A stretch of 63,013 nt of DNA, filler included, from Reticulomyxa filosa (lineage: Eukaryota; Protista; Foraminifera): assembly GCA_000512085.1 (NCBI GenBank). It is 22 parts of 22 records of this genome, joined end to end, with 100 filler letters (N's around TTAATTAATTAA, not from the genome) between each part and the next. Parts side by side here need not be neighbours in the genome. Positions count along the whole stretch, not along the records: positions 33,793 to 40,237 come from ASPP01020164.1; positions 40,338 to 41,417 come from ASPP01013533.1; positions 41,518 to 43,313 come from ASPP01014333.1; positions 43,414 to 45,572 come from ASPP01039434.1; positions 45,673 to 46,782 come from ASPP01006732.1; positions 46,883 to 47,911 come from ASPP01003194.1; positions 48,012 to 49,562 come from ASPP01019658.1; positions 49,663 to 51,158 come from ASPP01047166.1; 14 more parts are not named here. The stretch is one strand, 5' to 3'. Below the pieces are notes generated by a model. That model saw only the letters and a program-made list of their open reading frames with translations. It made no database searches and was not told where the DNA came from. Positions 37,901 through 51,707 of this stretch are shown here, in pieces (the first letter of the stretch is position 1; each line of letters opens with the position of its first letter). Both the position numbers and the translations under genes were made by a program.

Positions 37901-39160
37901 CTTGAGCGTGAACGCGAGGAAACGGGAAAGCAGTTGCAAACCGCGAAGCAACAAGCGGAAGAGTTGAAGAAACGAATGGAACAAACCCAACGAGAAACAG
38001 AACATCGCGTTCATTTGGTCCGAGCTGAAGAAGCGAAGAAAGCTAGTGATTTTGTGATGGAAGCACAAAAGCAAATCCAAGCTTTCAAACGAAACCAAAC
38101 TCGCAAAGACTCGACTAATCCAAGCAATACCAATGCTGTCGGCAAGTTGCGAGACAAATATGTACAAGACATGAAAGCCCAACAACGAAGCGCTCAATTG
38201 CAGGAACTCAAAATGAAAGAGTTTGAGGAGGAAATGATTGAACAGATTAACACCATCCGATTTGAATATATGAAATTGAAAACGGCTTACGAAAACAAAA
38301 GCGAAGACTACGAACGAGTGCAAGAACAAATTACTCAAAAAGATGACGAAATTCGAGGATTGAATATCGAGTTGATGCGAAAGGATGAAAAAATTAAACA
38401 ACAAAATAACGATTTACAAGAATTTGGAAAAATGAAAGTTATTTTGTAATGTCTATAAAACGGATCAACTTTTTGAATATTGTGGTTGTTGACCATTCCC
38501 CTTTTTGTGCGCCATTACATATATGTGTGTTGTGTATGTTGGGGAAAAAAGAAAGAGACAGACAAAATTCATAGCGAAAGATATCAAAAAGCTCAAAATT
38601 CGATACACAAATTGAAATTGCAGTTGAAAAAATTACAACGCAAAGACTCAGAATCAAGTGCAAAACCAACGCTTGCTTCGAATTCTTCCAATTGGCAACA
38701 ACTCGGCTACCCTGAACCCAAATCGGATGTCACTTCATTAATTGAAATGAAACGAAAACAAACAGTGGTTGTTCCATTACGAGGAGGAGGTGGCAAAAAC
38801 AAGCCCTCCCCTCGTGACGAGCCTCCTTCCACTCATGCTCCCAAATTTATTAACAAACAGGATGTTACCAAAGCAAACATTAATGCATTCGACTTAAAAA
38901 GGCCTATAATTTCAAATGGCGCCCAAGCTGAAATCTTTTCTGATAACATCCCGAATACACTCTCATCGCCTACACAAGAATCTTTGGAAGATCCACGTTT
39001 TGTATTTTTTGTTTATTTGCATTGCTTGTTTTTTTTTCTGACTTAACTATCCAACATTGCAACATTTACAAATCCACCTATAGCATTCTCGAGACAAATG
39101 AGTCGTCACGGCCGTCGTGATTCTGGACATTTGTTGAATAGGACCAGCTTGGTAGGATGA
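34955..39160 (+). CDS. Kinesin-1 (conventional kinesin heavy chain), about 9 exons
   Basis: [19 protein letters not shown]-loop YGQTGAGKT, switch I SSRSH, switch [30 protein letters not shown], coiled-coil stalk, tail [10 protein letters not shown]. Introns 35099-35160, 35285-35426, 35561-35870, 36228-36389, 36669-36818, 37290-37633, 38438-38551, 38997-39083. Confidence 0.93.
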
Positions 39161-39531
39161 GAGTAAAATTTTATGAGAAGGAAATTGAAACATTGACATT
39201 GAAAATAGTGTTTTTTTTTTCCGTTTTTTTGTTTTTTGTTTGGCTTGTTTCTTTAAGTTTGTTTCTTTGGGCTATGCTTTTGGAGATTAAAAAGAAAAAA
39301 ATGTTTTTGTTGAAGTTTTTGGCGTGTCTTTTTGCAGTTTGTTCAATATGAAGTTTTTGTTGGTTGAAAAAAAACTATATTAACAACTCGGGTTCCAGGC
39401 TATATTTGGATTACTTTTTTTCTTTTTGAATTTGCTCTCAAAATCGCTTCACAGCATTCGACCATATTTCGATCCTGCTTCCTAAATAGTTTGTGTCTGT
39501 TATTCTCTGTACATTTTGATAGTGAATATCA

Positions 39532-39858
39532 ATGTATTTTCATTGGAACAAGAAGACAGTGTTCGGAAACAGCCATTTATCGTTGCTAGGATTAATAGCT
39601 ATGCTGTCCTTGTGGACTTGCGGATGGCTACGATTTGATGGTGTATTAGCCATGGAATTTCCGTTTTATTGTGTGTTGATTTCATGGTTTACAAATTGTC
39701 ACATCATTCGTCGCACAATGCATCTCTCCCAATGCTCACGCAATTACTGGGAAAGAGCTGCTACCCTTCATTATTTGTGGCTTTGCATCAAGGATGTAGG
39801 ACTGCTGATCAGCATTGTGCTTCTTGCACTTGCTCCGCTATTGTTGTTTCAATACTAA
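39532..39858 (+). CDS. Possible small membrane protein or fragment
   Basis: 108-aa ORF with about three hydrophobic segments; no family recognised. Confidence 0.25.
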   Translation: MYFHWNKKTVFGNSHLSLLGLIAMLSLWTCGWLRFDGVLAMEFPFYCVLISWFTNCHIIRRTMHLSQCSRNYWERAATLHYLWLCIKDVGLLISIVLLALAPLLLFQY

Positions 39859-40896
39859 TCTGTGTCATTGGAATTTAACTTTTCGTAATTCCATCCGCTC
39901 TATCAAGTGTTGGCAATGCATGCATTTTTATTTTTTGAAAAAAATGCTTTTTTTATCTTTACCATCTTCCTAAAAGAGTTTTTTTTTAAAAAAATGGAAC
40001 GAGAAGACCATATTGCCTTTATCCCTTCACAAAATTGGTGTATGTGTTCATTCAAGAAAAGTACTGGAACTTAAGATTGTTTGATTGCTATAAGAACGTG
40101 ACACAACTGATGTGTGTTGTTTTGGCACTGACCATGAAAGGCTTGTCATTTACATAAAATTGCACCACTTTTTGCCTAGGTTATATTTTGATATGCTAAT
40201 TACTAGCTTTTTATCAATTGTTGCATTTGAAAAAAGTNNNNNNNNNNNNNNNNNNNNNNNNNNNNNNNNNNNNNNNNNNNNTTAATTAATTAANNNNNNN
40301 NNNNNNNNNNNNNNNNNNNNNNNNNNNNNNNNNNNNNTTTTTTTTTTTTTTTTTGTGATGTGGTTGGCATCTTTTCTTCTTGTATGCAATAGGTTGTAGG
40401 TGAAATTTTGGATCTTTCACAAATCTTTCAAAGATGTTATTTTTTGAGCTATTTATATATTCTTCTTTTTTTTGTAAATTGTTGGCAGTGTTTTTTTAAA
40501 ATGAAGAGCATGATAAGTGTGACCACTAATACAAAAATGGTATTGCTTTTTTTTTTTTTTTTTTTGGCAATGTTAATTAGTTGCTGCTTTGAAACCAAGT
40601 TGTTTACATAGAAAAGCAGATCATTTTCATTGTCAAAAGATAAAACCGTGTTCAACATACAAAAAAATTTAAGACCAAAGTCTGGCTTTTGTCAATGCAC
40701 ACCTTTGAATCAAACTTGTTGACGAAGGGGGGGGGGGAGAGGGAGGATGATTGAATAACAACCATTTAAAAAAGATGTTACCAAAATATTTCAAGTCCAC
40801 CCCGTCCCTTCCCCTCTTCCTCCTCCTCTCTTATCAAAAAAAAAAAAAAATTCAGCCAGCATTTTTTTATGAACTCAAGAAATTGCTGTGACGTTG

Positions 40897-41365
40897 TTAC
40901 AATTTTTTCAAAACGTTTTCAAACCCTCCTCGAATGACCTTGATGGACTCAGGGTCAATGCAATATCTGTTCTTTTTGGAAGGGTCTTGCGTCTCCACAA
41001 ACTGGACGACTTGGCATTGAATGACACCGCAGTTTTGGATTTTATGGGTTTTGGCAACATGGCGGACGTCCCTTGGCAAGTACGACCTGAAAAACGACCT
41101 GAGCCAAGTGGAGTGTCCGCAAATGATTACAATTTCCTCGTTGGCACTAGCCTTGTTGTGGAACAACCAATGGATGAAAGCGTCCAAGCGTTGATCGCCA
41201 CGTTTGAATGTAGGTTTGGCGCCATCAGTGAACGATAGTTCGATGCGTTCTGTCAGCCACGCTTTCCAGTTTTTCACACTACTGAAATCAGGGCTCAAGT
41301 TCACCAGCTCATTTTTTGTCGACGTTCCAGATATTGTGTCGAGTGACGGTATCGATGGCAATGAC

Positions 41366-41367
<2 letters not shown>
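40897..41367 (-). CDS. Histidine phosphatase (phosphoglycerate-mutase-like) family, last exon
   Basis: Second catalytic His motif IVIICGHS.WLR.FF and KIQNCGV. The RHG motif would lie upstream of the contig edge. Confidence 0.7.
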
Positions 41368-41406
<39 letters not shown>

Positions 41407-41807
41407 TTTAAAAGGGGNNNNNNNNNNNNNNNNNNNNNNNNNNNNNNNNNNNNNNNNNNNNTTAATTAATTAANNNNNNNNNNNNNNNNNNNNNNNNNNN
41501 NNNNNNNNNNNNNNNNNTGGTCTTGCTTTTCTCATCAATTTTGTTTGTGATTTTTCCTTTTGGCTTTGGAAAAAGGACTGTGACTATTCCAAACTCGCTC
41601 ATTATTTTGAATTTGCGCACATATATTACAAAAACTCAGCTTTTCCAAAAAAAAAAAAAAGAAAATTGATTAATACTTTCGATTCTGAAAGCATTTTCTA
41701 CAACTTTTTTTTGTCGTTTGACGTCTTTCCATTTCAGAGTGCCCTGAAAGAGAGGGGGCAAACAGAGAAGAAAAGCTTAAGTGGAGAACAGGTTGTTTTG
41801 CAGCAAC

Positions 41808-43250
41808 ATGAAGTCATCGTTAGTATATGCAATTATATTGGTGGCACTGTACGTATTAAACGTGTTGTACGTGGTAGCAAGTGCAAATAATGTGGCCAGA
41901 GACAACTCAAACGAAAAAGGCCAAAAATCTTTAAATAATCAAGACAATATGTGTATATCATGGAATATGTTGGCCAACCACTCTCTCAGCCAAATGTGGA
42001 CATGTGTGCAGCATCCACGAGGCCATACCAACGTAAGAAAGTCGTCAGTGCAAATTCTTAATAATGAGTCTTTGCACAAAAGTATACGTGTTCTCATAAG
42101 CATACCAAATCATCAACAAATACAGTCCAATGAGAATAAATATATCAAAATGTCTACAATGAATATTTCCACATGTACTTCGGGAATATTATCAAAATCA
42201 TATTCATTAACATACAAATCAATATCGCAAAGGTATATAACAATGATAGAAAAATCTAATGAAAAAAAAAAATGTTCATGAAAAAAAACAAGGGAGGTTT
42301 ACGTATAGCAAGAAATAGTAATGGTGATGATAGATTGTATATATGATAGACTTGATTTAAAATATATTTTTTTAAACCAAAAACACAGTGTATTTGCAAG
42401 TACTGTTGTAATCGTGATGACGAGCATACCAGCGTCCAATGGAGTGTGCAAATGGGTTGGAGCGAATCGAGCATTTGATAAATTATTTGTGACGAATTGC
42501 TCCAGTACCACGTTGGTACGAACGCCAAATTTGGCTATCAATAATATATGCAGCCGCAGCAATTCTGCATTTCCATTGTATCGTGCTCGAATTAAAAAAA
42601 AATTGCCATTCCAAATTTATACAAAGTCCAGTGCATACATCCAAGCTATTGTTGTCAATACTCGCAAGTTCGTCATGCACCAACAATTCGCTATTCGCCA
42701 AGTAATAGCTCTATCAGCGAGAAACATTTTTGGAACGCTGTTCGATGCTTTAATGTTAGGTTCTTTTTTTTTTTTTTACTACTTTTTTTTTAAAACAACA
42801 AACAAAAAAAATTTTGATAGATCGTACGATGTAGCGCAAAAAATAAAATATGGACGACATGGACAAAATTAATGACAATGACGACAATGACAACTTTGAT
42901 AAATGGCCCGACCAACTGCAATTGCTGGCACAAGTTTTAATGGAAATAAATTGTCATCATTGATCAGTACCTGCCTTTAAGATGGAAGAAGCGCTGTTGG
43001 CGCAAATGAAGATATGGGCAATTCACAACTGACGAGCAATTGAATTGCAAGTCAGTGGTGATGCTCATTCTTTTTTTGTACGCAGAGCTACTTCCGTCAA
43101 GGCATGGTCTGTCAAATAGCACTTATGCTAGCACTCCAAATCGCGCACAATTGATCACATATCTTGCATTGCACATTTGATTGTCCACAAACTTATCATG
43201 CTCCTACCAATCGGCAACAGCGCAAATCATTGATGGAAAACTTTGTCGAT
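41808..43250 (+). CDS. Hypothetical secreted or membrane glycoprotein, fragmented
   Basis: Signal-peptide-like MKSSLVYAIILVALYVLNVLYVVASA, many N-x-S/T sites, several ORF pieces; exon structure unresolved. Confidence 0.4.
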
Positions 43251-45674
43251 AACCTCAAAAAAATTCAGAGCGGACTCCGAATGGCCTTTTCAAGTTATTT
43301 TTTATTTTTTTTTNNNNNNNNNNNNNNNNNNNNNNNNNNNNNNNNNNNNNNNNNNNNTTAATTAATTAANNNNNNNNNNNNNNNNNNNNNNNNNNNNNNN
43401 NNNNNNNNNNNNNATGATGGATCAACATACATGAATACAAAAATGTACCTATGTGATATTCCACATTTGATAATTTTTGTTTGAACTAAAAATAAATTTG
43501 ATTGAACACGATTAACAGTTAAAAAAAAATGAAATAAAATTTATTATTTAAAGATAAAATTAGATTGGATAGATGGTCTTGATCAAATTGTGATTTTTTA
43601 AAGTACTTTCTTCAAAAAGAAATAATAAAAAACATTTAACTGCGTGTGTTGATATTTGTAACAATAATATTTCGAAATATACTTTTGAATTCAACTTGTT
43701 GTCTAAGAATAGCTCAAATTACAAAAACATAAATATTCCTGTTTGCAAAGAACGAAGTTTAAACAAGACAAATTTTTGATGAAATAGTATTAACTATGAT
43801 ATATCTCTAATCAAAAAGCAAAACGATAACGATTATAACGACTTCGGTGCAACAATATAATTAAATGATCAATGCAATATTTTTGAATTTGCAATTTGGT
43901 TCTTTTAAATTGACGGCACAGTAATTGATGAGAATTGATTTCGAAGCAATAGAGCAAAAAAAAAAAGAAGTATAGAAGGATTGAACGAAGTCAATTCAAG
44001 CAACACTTTGGAGTGAAAAAAGGAAGCTATACACATCCATGCAAAATAGAGAAAGCTATTGTATCAAACACTAGCTGATAATAAACTAGGCTGTTAACAA
44101 ATAAAAAATGCATAGTTTGAAGAAGGGACAACAATATTTTTTGTAACGACGTTAGTGTTTTTTTCTTATAAAGACGCAATGATATTATTCATTTTAATGT
44201 AAAAAGATTTGTTGGTTTGAGAAAAATTTGCTTCGCGGCTGATCAAACAATTTTGCAATAGAAGAATTATATTTGGATAGATGTTTAAAAATAATAGTCT
44301 ACTCCCTTTAAAACTATATCTGTACGATGTAATATTCTGTAATTGTAGCTAAACAGTTACAAAAATGAGAAACATTATTTTCCAAGAGAATGATTAAAGA
44401 GAAAAATTGTATAATTTTCATAGCATAGGAATGAACAAAAAAAAGAAGGTAGAAGTTTAAACAGTTTTTCTGATCAATCTGATAAATACACATTTAATCC
44501 CAGTTGGGATTGTTGATTTTTTTTGTAAAAATTCGATTACTTCTCTTCACCGTCTTTCATGTACGAAGTTTGAAAAAAAGACGTTTATAGAGAGTTTTTT
44601 TTTGGTTATAATTACTTTCATCAATCCAATTTTTGTTACAGAAAAATCTGCACAAGTAAAACAGTGCTCTCACAGCTTTTCTAGGTATTTTTTCCATTCT
44701 ATTCAGTTTTCCAACTTTGTTTTAACTTGGATTAACGAATTGCCGCCCTTTTGTTTCGACTCTTTTCTTTTCAGGGTTTGTACAATCTTTACAGATAAGA
44801 GTCATTACGTGTGGTTCTTCAAATTATCTATTACCAAAGTTAGATCAGAACTAATCCTTCTCACTCTCACTGTTATTTCTTAAAAAAAATTCCAAATAAT
44901 AAAAATACATATGGATTGCTGCTATAGAAGAGAAACAATCGTATTCACGAAAAGTATGGCTATTGCATTTGAATCAATTATTGAAAGAAGTAATATCCAC
45001 AAAAAAGTGCTTCTATTGTATCTACGAATGGGAGGGGCGCCTTTTTTTTTCCCTCTTTGAAACAAGGGACTACATGCACACGAGGATCTTTTCTGTGACA
45101 TCGTTCCCCTCCAACCCCCCCTTTTTTTTTTTTTAAAAAAAATTACTTCATGTACGTAAAACAAAAACGTACATATAAAAATAATAAAGCATATGGTAGT
45201 GATCCTCGAAGTACCATGACATTTATTAAAAACAGAGAACGTTAAACTTACCTTTTTTTTAAAAAAAAAAAACAACTCATGATTGTCTCCTTTTTTGTTG
45301 TGTTTTCTTTCTCAGGATCGGTTGATTTTTCGGAAATGAATCTAACTGGTATATCTTTATACGTTTGGGAAAAAAAAAAAAAAAAAAGAGGATTTGAACT
45401 TTTTTCTTTTCAAAGAACTTTGTTAAACTCTAAACACCGACATTCAATATAAACAATGAAAGGTTTTGTGAAGGATGATGCCGCAACCCGAACCCAAGTA
45501 TTTGTTCTTATTTTTCAAATTACAATTGATAATTGACATTTTTGTTTGTTTGTTTGTCGCGATATAATTATANNNNNNNNNNNNNNNNNNNNNNNNNNNN
45601 NNNNNNNNNNNNNNNNTTAATTAATTAANNNNNNNNNNNNNNNNNNNNNNNNNNNNNNNNNNNNNNNNNNNNTT

Positions 45675-45713
<39 letters not shown>

Positions 45714-45782
45714 CATACAAACGAATAAACAAATCAATGCAAACAATGTAAACAATGCAACGTGCAATAGCAAGAAGATGAA

Positions 45783-46782
45783 ATGAGCCAACAGATCCGC
45801 CAAGAGGTAATGAATCAAATGGCAGCCAATCCGACAACGCAGCAGGATGACGTGAAGGCCTCCGGGACGACAACGACAATGACAACGACAACAGCGACAA
45901 CAACAACGACGACGACGAATCGTGAAACGGTGGATGACGACAGTGGAGATGAGGCCGACGAGGAAAGCGACGAGTCGAATGGCAAAGACCAGGCGTTGCA
46001 TTCGAAAAAGAACAGCCGAATAAGCCGCGAAAAGGCAGGGATGATCGGACTGTTGCAAACAGGGAAAGACGAGCCGATGTCGGAACACGACACCACATCG
46101 CTGATTGACCTGGTTGGGTCCGCGGGCGAAATGGATGAAGAGCAACTGATTCTGCAACAAGAGATATCGGCCATGAAGTCACAACTGGTCAATTTGACCA
46201 CGGCCGTGGACACGCATACGGTCAAGGAGACGCAAAAGATGGCACAGGAAATACGTGTGGATTTGATGGTGTCGCAGGAAATCGCTGTGCATCGAATGCA
46301 AGCCAATGAGAAACAAAAACATTCCTTCTTCCCTCAAGGCTATTCCAAAGTGGTCTACGGCAAAGATCGTATGTCGCAGTACCCTTTTTCCAACACCCCT
46401 CGGAATAGTGACCCCCCTGGCAAACAGCACTCCCGTCTGTCCAGTAACACCAGTCAACACGAGTATGTCCATGACGATGACGATCATGACGATGCCGAAA
46501 GTGACTTGGAGTTGAAACCAGAACAATGGGAGACGGAGAAAACCACAGAGTCAGGATTGAAGTCGAAGCAAAAGCAAAAGCAGGTAAAGATTATGGAACA
46601 GGATCCAATCACAAAGACAAAGACAAAGAAAAAAGGAGATGATGGTGATGGTGATGGTGATGGTAATGATGAAAAAGAAGAAAGAGATTATGATAATGAT
46701 AATGATAATGATAATGATAATGATAATGATAATGATAATGATAATGATAATGATAATGATGATGATGATGATAAGAAAGGAA
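45783..46782 (+). CDS. Hypothetical acidic coiled-coil protein fragment
   Basis: GC-richer frame of over 330 codons with poly-T, acidic tracts and heptads; open at contig end. Confidence 0.55.
46690..46772 (+). repeat. (GATAAT)n coding microsatellite (Asp-Asn repeat)
   Basis: Direct tandem repeat visible in sequence. Confidence 0.95.
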
Positions 46783-47116
46783 NNNNNNNNNNNNNNNNNN
46801 NNNNNNNNNNNNNNNNNNNNNNNNNNTTAATTAATTAANNNNNNNNNNNNNNNNNNNNNNNNNNNNNNNNNNNNNNNNNNNNATTATAAATTAAGTCGTT
46901 AGATTTGCTGAAATATTGATTTGTTTTGCGTGAAAATATTTAACTAGATCCTTACGTAACACAAAGTGCATGTAAAAAAAATCACAATTATGTGCAGACA
47001 AATGTGACATGTTGCAATGAAAAAAATAGTTTTATTACTTCTAAATGGAATCTCTTTGCTTTCAGTAAAAGTTCAAAGTTAAACTTTGCCCCTTATATAT
47101 ATATATATATGTGTAG

Positions 47117-47911
47117 GTGTACATGATGACCTCAATAATAGAACATGACCCTTTTATATCATTGTTGGAGTGTCACAGCAGTCTTTCAAAAAGTGGCTCT
47201 GTCTCGCTGCTGAAGCTTCTGTCGTCTCTTTGTGTCACTGTCGAATGCAACGAACACGTAAACAAAGTCTGTCTGGCCATTATCAAGTTCATAGTATCTC
47301 TGCTTTTTTCTGATGTCACTTTGGAGGATGCAAGCTTCCTTATTGCGTTACTTTTTCCAGTTTACAACAACAACAACAAAAATAAAAGAATTCTATTTCT
47401 GCTATATACATATATAATACGTATTGTTTGTTGCGCAAGAAATCAGATGGCGTGCTATCTGTCACTGATCCCTCAAGCCAAGAAAATCCATATTTGGATT
47501 GGTTCAAGTTAGTGTCGGAGATGAAATGTCAAGTAAATGATCTGAACTTTATCATGCGATCAATTGTATCTCCAAGCAAAAAAAACGTGGCCCATGGTGA
47601 TCCAAAATGGACTCCAAGTATTTGAACACTTTGACAAAGTTGTACTGCCCAATTTGGATGTGCACAAACTACGTTTGATGTATGGTGACAACACTGTGGA
47701 GTACCCGTTCGAAGAGTCTCTCGATACGATATTCGAGATCTATCAAAATCCCTTCGGTGAAGATGATCCGGATGAATATGACCAACACTACAAACAGGAA
47801 TTAACAGATCCAAACTCTTCCACAAGTGCCATGGATGTAATGAATGAGTATGGACATCGACTGGGTCTTGCATTTCAAAATATTCAAGCCGCTCTTCAGC
47901 GCAAGGACACT
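47117..47911 (+). CDS. Hypothetical helical protein, internal exons, one apparent frameshift near 47550
   Basis: AG acceptor at 47115-47116 followed by three coding-like ORF pieces; family not recognised. Confidence 0.45.
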
Positions 47912-50299
47912 NNNNNNNNNNNNNNNNNNNNNNNNNNNNNNNNNNNNNNNNNNNNTTAATTAATTAANNNNNNNNNNNNNNNNNNNNNNNNNNNNNNNNN
48001 NNNNNNNNNNNCAATTGTAGCAGCCTTGAACGTGTGTTATTCGTCGTGGAAATTTAGTAAAAGTATCCCTCGGATGGAGGATCCATCATTTTATTGCGGA
48101 CATATAGCGAAACAAAACAGCCAAGCGAATTTCCGTGCGGTGGGTGGGCAAAGTTTTGGATTTGCTGCAGTTCTTTCGCGAAGTTGAACCACGTATAGCT
48201 GGAGAAATTGATTAAAAAAAATTTCCTGTTTCAATTCGGATCATGATATGATCTAACTTCTTGCAGGATGTGAATATCAGATGCGGTTCGGGATACTGAA
48301 GATATTCCAAATGAGTTGTTGGAAAGAAATGCGCAATGCACGATCATATTCAATCGACAATGGCACTATTTTCACTCCTGCACTTAATTCAACGTCTGCC
48401 CCATTCCACACCACTTTTTTGCTGACACCAACGATTGTGTAAATTGCAGTTTTATTGCGTACAAGTGTGTTGAAAGTGTATGAACACTGGCTGATCATAC
48501 TTCTGGAGTCATCTTCAATTTGACGGCCAACTATACGACATTGTGCAAATGAATTGGTTTTATCTATTCTTGAACGTCTATCTGGCTCGTGCAATCAAGC
48601 AGGCAATGTCAAATTTACCAGCGGTTCGAATACACCCTCAATAATTGAACGTTGCATCCAAGGTTTTATACCGAGATACGAGTGGAAAAATAGCGGTCAT
48701 ATTCGGAAAGCAAACAATCAATCCTTCAAGCAATGATACAAGCCAATCCACACGCTCAATATTGCCATCGAAAGAAGATACTCTGAGTATTATCTTTACG
48801 AATGTCCGGAACACCGGCAGTGATAGTCAATTCTCCACTTTTTTTATTTAATGCCATGCAATGTGCACAGTCAATCACTCGGACCAATGGCAGACTGTGC
48901 AATATGATAATACAACTTACAAACGTATATCGGCCAGTTTGTTTATTGGCGCAGTGGAGGTGATCGTGGTTATCATTGGTATGCACAGAAAAGCAAATGA
49001 TGCGCCATTGTTTGACTATTCTGTCTTGTTGCTCAAATATGAAGCCACAGGAAAAGATAGCAATCCAAAAGATCTTTTCCAAATGGAACATTGATTGGAG
49101 GGAAAGATTTAGATATCAAAGACAATTCTTCAGATGCATCGTCGGCATATAACACTATCATCATCGAATTCACAAGTGGAATATCTTTGATGGCCAACTT
49201 TTCACATTCCATTGCATACAATATCTTGGCTGTTATCCAAGCATTGAACTACGCAAGACTTGAATGGTGTAATGGGAGCATTGAGCGTTTTGTCTTCTAC
49301 AACAAATGGTATATGTGCTGTTCGCAGACACTTGGGTATATTCGGCAATATCGCCACTCAAATTATTTGCTCGCCGAATTTGTGTCACCACCAGCAATCA
49401 AATGCCGAACGTGACCAACCAACTTATTATAATAAGGCTTCCGATTTATGGACATCATCGAATAAGCGTATTAGGCACTGCTGGGATACTATTTGGATGC
49501 AATTGCATGCAGAAACGTCCGGTGAACAGAAGGATTGGAATCAGGCTCAGCAATTTCTGAAGNNNNNNNNNNNNNNNNNNNNNNNNNNNNNNNNNNNNNN
49601 NNNNNNTTAATTAATTAANNNNNNNNNNNNNNNNNNNNNNNNNNNNNNNNNNNNNNNNNNNNAACAAAAAAAGATTAACGAAAGATGATGTGTAAAAGAC
49701 AAACTAAACTTTGCAAAGACGAAAACCAGTATAATGCATTGATAATGATAAGAATTCTACATTAACAAGTTTTCTTTTCATAAAGTGCTTAAATGTTTTT
49801 TGCTACCAACTTCTTGAGAAAGAAAAAATTGCTTAACATAAAGAAAATGACTTTCAGCACATTTGTATATTATTTGAAAGTGAATTTAGATTGGTATCAA
49901 TAAATCAGTCTATGATTAATATAACTGCAAGTTTGTTTATTTTTATGAATTCATCTCCAGAACTTGACGCAATTATATCATTTCGAGAAACATACATCCG
50001 AAGAAAGCAAAGTAACTTTCCATCATCGTTGTAAACATAAATACTGACAATTCGAAAATCCACACGCAAAATTGTGTAAGGCTTGGCTTTCATGACAACT
50101 CCACGAAAACATTAGTTTTCTCTTGAAAAGAAGACCGAGACCAGAAAAACGCAAAGGTGTTACATAACGAAAATCACAAGCAAAAAAAAGTCAATAGCTT
50201 TAGCAGCTTTTACAAAATGTATCAAGCAGATCATTCAATCATCTTCAAAGGTATATGATTCAGTTTGCACAAATACTTAGCAAAAAAAAAAATGTGCAA

Positions 50300-51009
50300 A
50301 TGAATAGAGCAAACTTGGAAACGGTTAAAATATTTGGTATGGTCTCATCAAAACGAGAACAAGTTTGACGAATGTTTCAGACAGATTGAAGAATTGGCCA
50401 GCGCAGGACATGGATTCAGGAAGAAGTTGCTTAGTAATATTCGGCCTAAGGCAACATGCAGAAAAATGCTAGACGATTTGCTGTTTTTTGAGTGTGCGAC
50501 ATGTTCAGTAGACGGATGCATATGTACGGAGTGTTACAAGAATTCCAATCATATTGGACACGATGTATCATTTGGTGTTTCCAATGGTGGTTGTTGTGAT
50601 GTGGAGACACAACCTGTTGGCCAGTCAGTGGAAGCTGCGCATCCCATCCAGGACCAGATGACATTTCTCATCTTCGTTGAGTCCATTCATACATATTGTT
50701 GACCAAACATACAACAAATAGAGATGTGACCACGTGTACATATATATATTTGATAATACGTTGAACTTTTAATTTATTAGTACATGCTTTTTTTTTTTTT
50801 TTTTTTATTAAAAAGAGCTGGATCCAGAGATAGAAATGTGCTGTCGTCTAGTATGCGGATATATGATTTATTTGCTCGACCATCACGACGTGATCATCCT
50901 ACCAAAGGCAGTTTCGAATAAGTCATCATTTTATCGTACTTTTGAAGAACATCATAAAAAACAAGTGCAACACGAGGATATTTTTGCAGCCACTCGAACG
51001 TCGGGATAA
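50300..51009 (+). CDS. UBR-box (N-recognin zinc finger) protein, N-terminal part, with two single-base frameshifts
   Basis: FECATC..CICTECY..NHIGHD..GGCCD(C)GDTTCW..CASH is restored by adding one T near 50600. Intron 50676-50815. Confidence 0.8.
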
Positions 51010-51707
51010 AATATTAATTGTTTATCCAAATGCAACTTCTACTTTGCGTCAATGTATTACACTCATTTATTTATTTTCTATTTATTTTATTTTTTACAAT
51101 TTTTTTTTTTGAAAATTTAAAAAAAAATTGAAAAGTGAGTAGCAATGCTAAAACGTCCNNNNNNNNNNNNNNNNNNNNNNNNNNNNNNNNNNNNNNNNNN
51201 NNTTAATTAATTAANNNNNNNNNNNNNNNNNNNNNNNNNNNNNNNNNNNNNNNNNNNNTATCGTTTTAGGCGTTCAGTTTTCTTTGCAACTTACTGTAGT
51301 AGTAATTATAATTAATTGATATACAAATATACAAAATAGTATAACCTTTCAAATGTGAAAATGATGTTAAAAACTTTCTATGTTTGTGACGAATACAGAT
51401 AATAATCACTTAAATAAATGGAAACGGATAAAAGGAAAAAATGTTGATAACATCAGCATAATGAAATACTATTTTTATTGGTTCCAAAATGGATTTATTC
51501 TTGCATATTCTTGATCAAAAATATGTTTGTACATTTTTCAAAATAGTCTTGTCAACTATAATCAGGCCTTTGTGTGATACAATCAACATTGAGTCCTAAG
51601 AAAATTGTAAAATATACTTTTTTTTTACTTCTAAAAGGATACTTTTTTCGTGTCTTCCCCTTTTTTAAAAAATCTAAACTACTTCATATCTCCTCAACAT
51701 TAACAAC

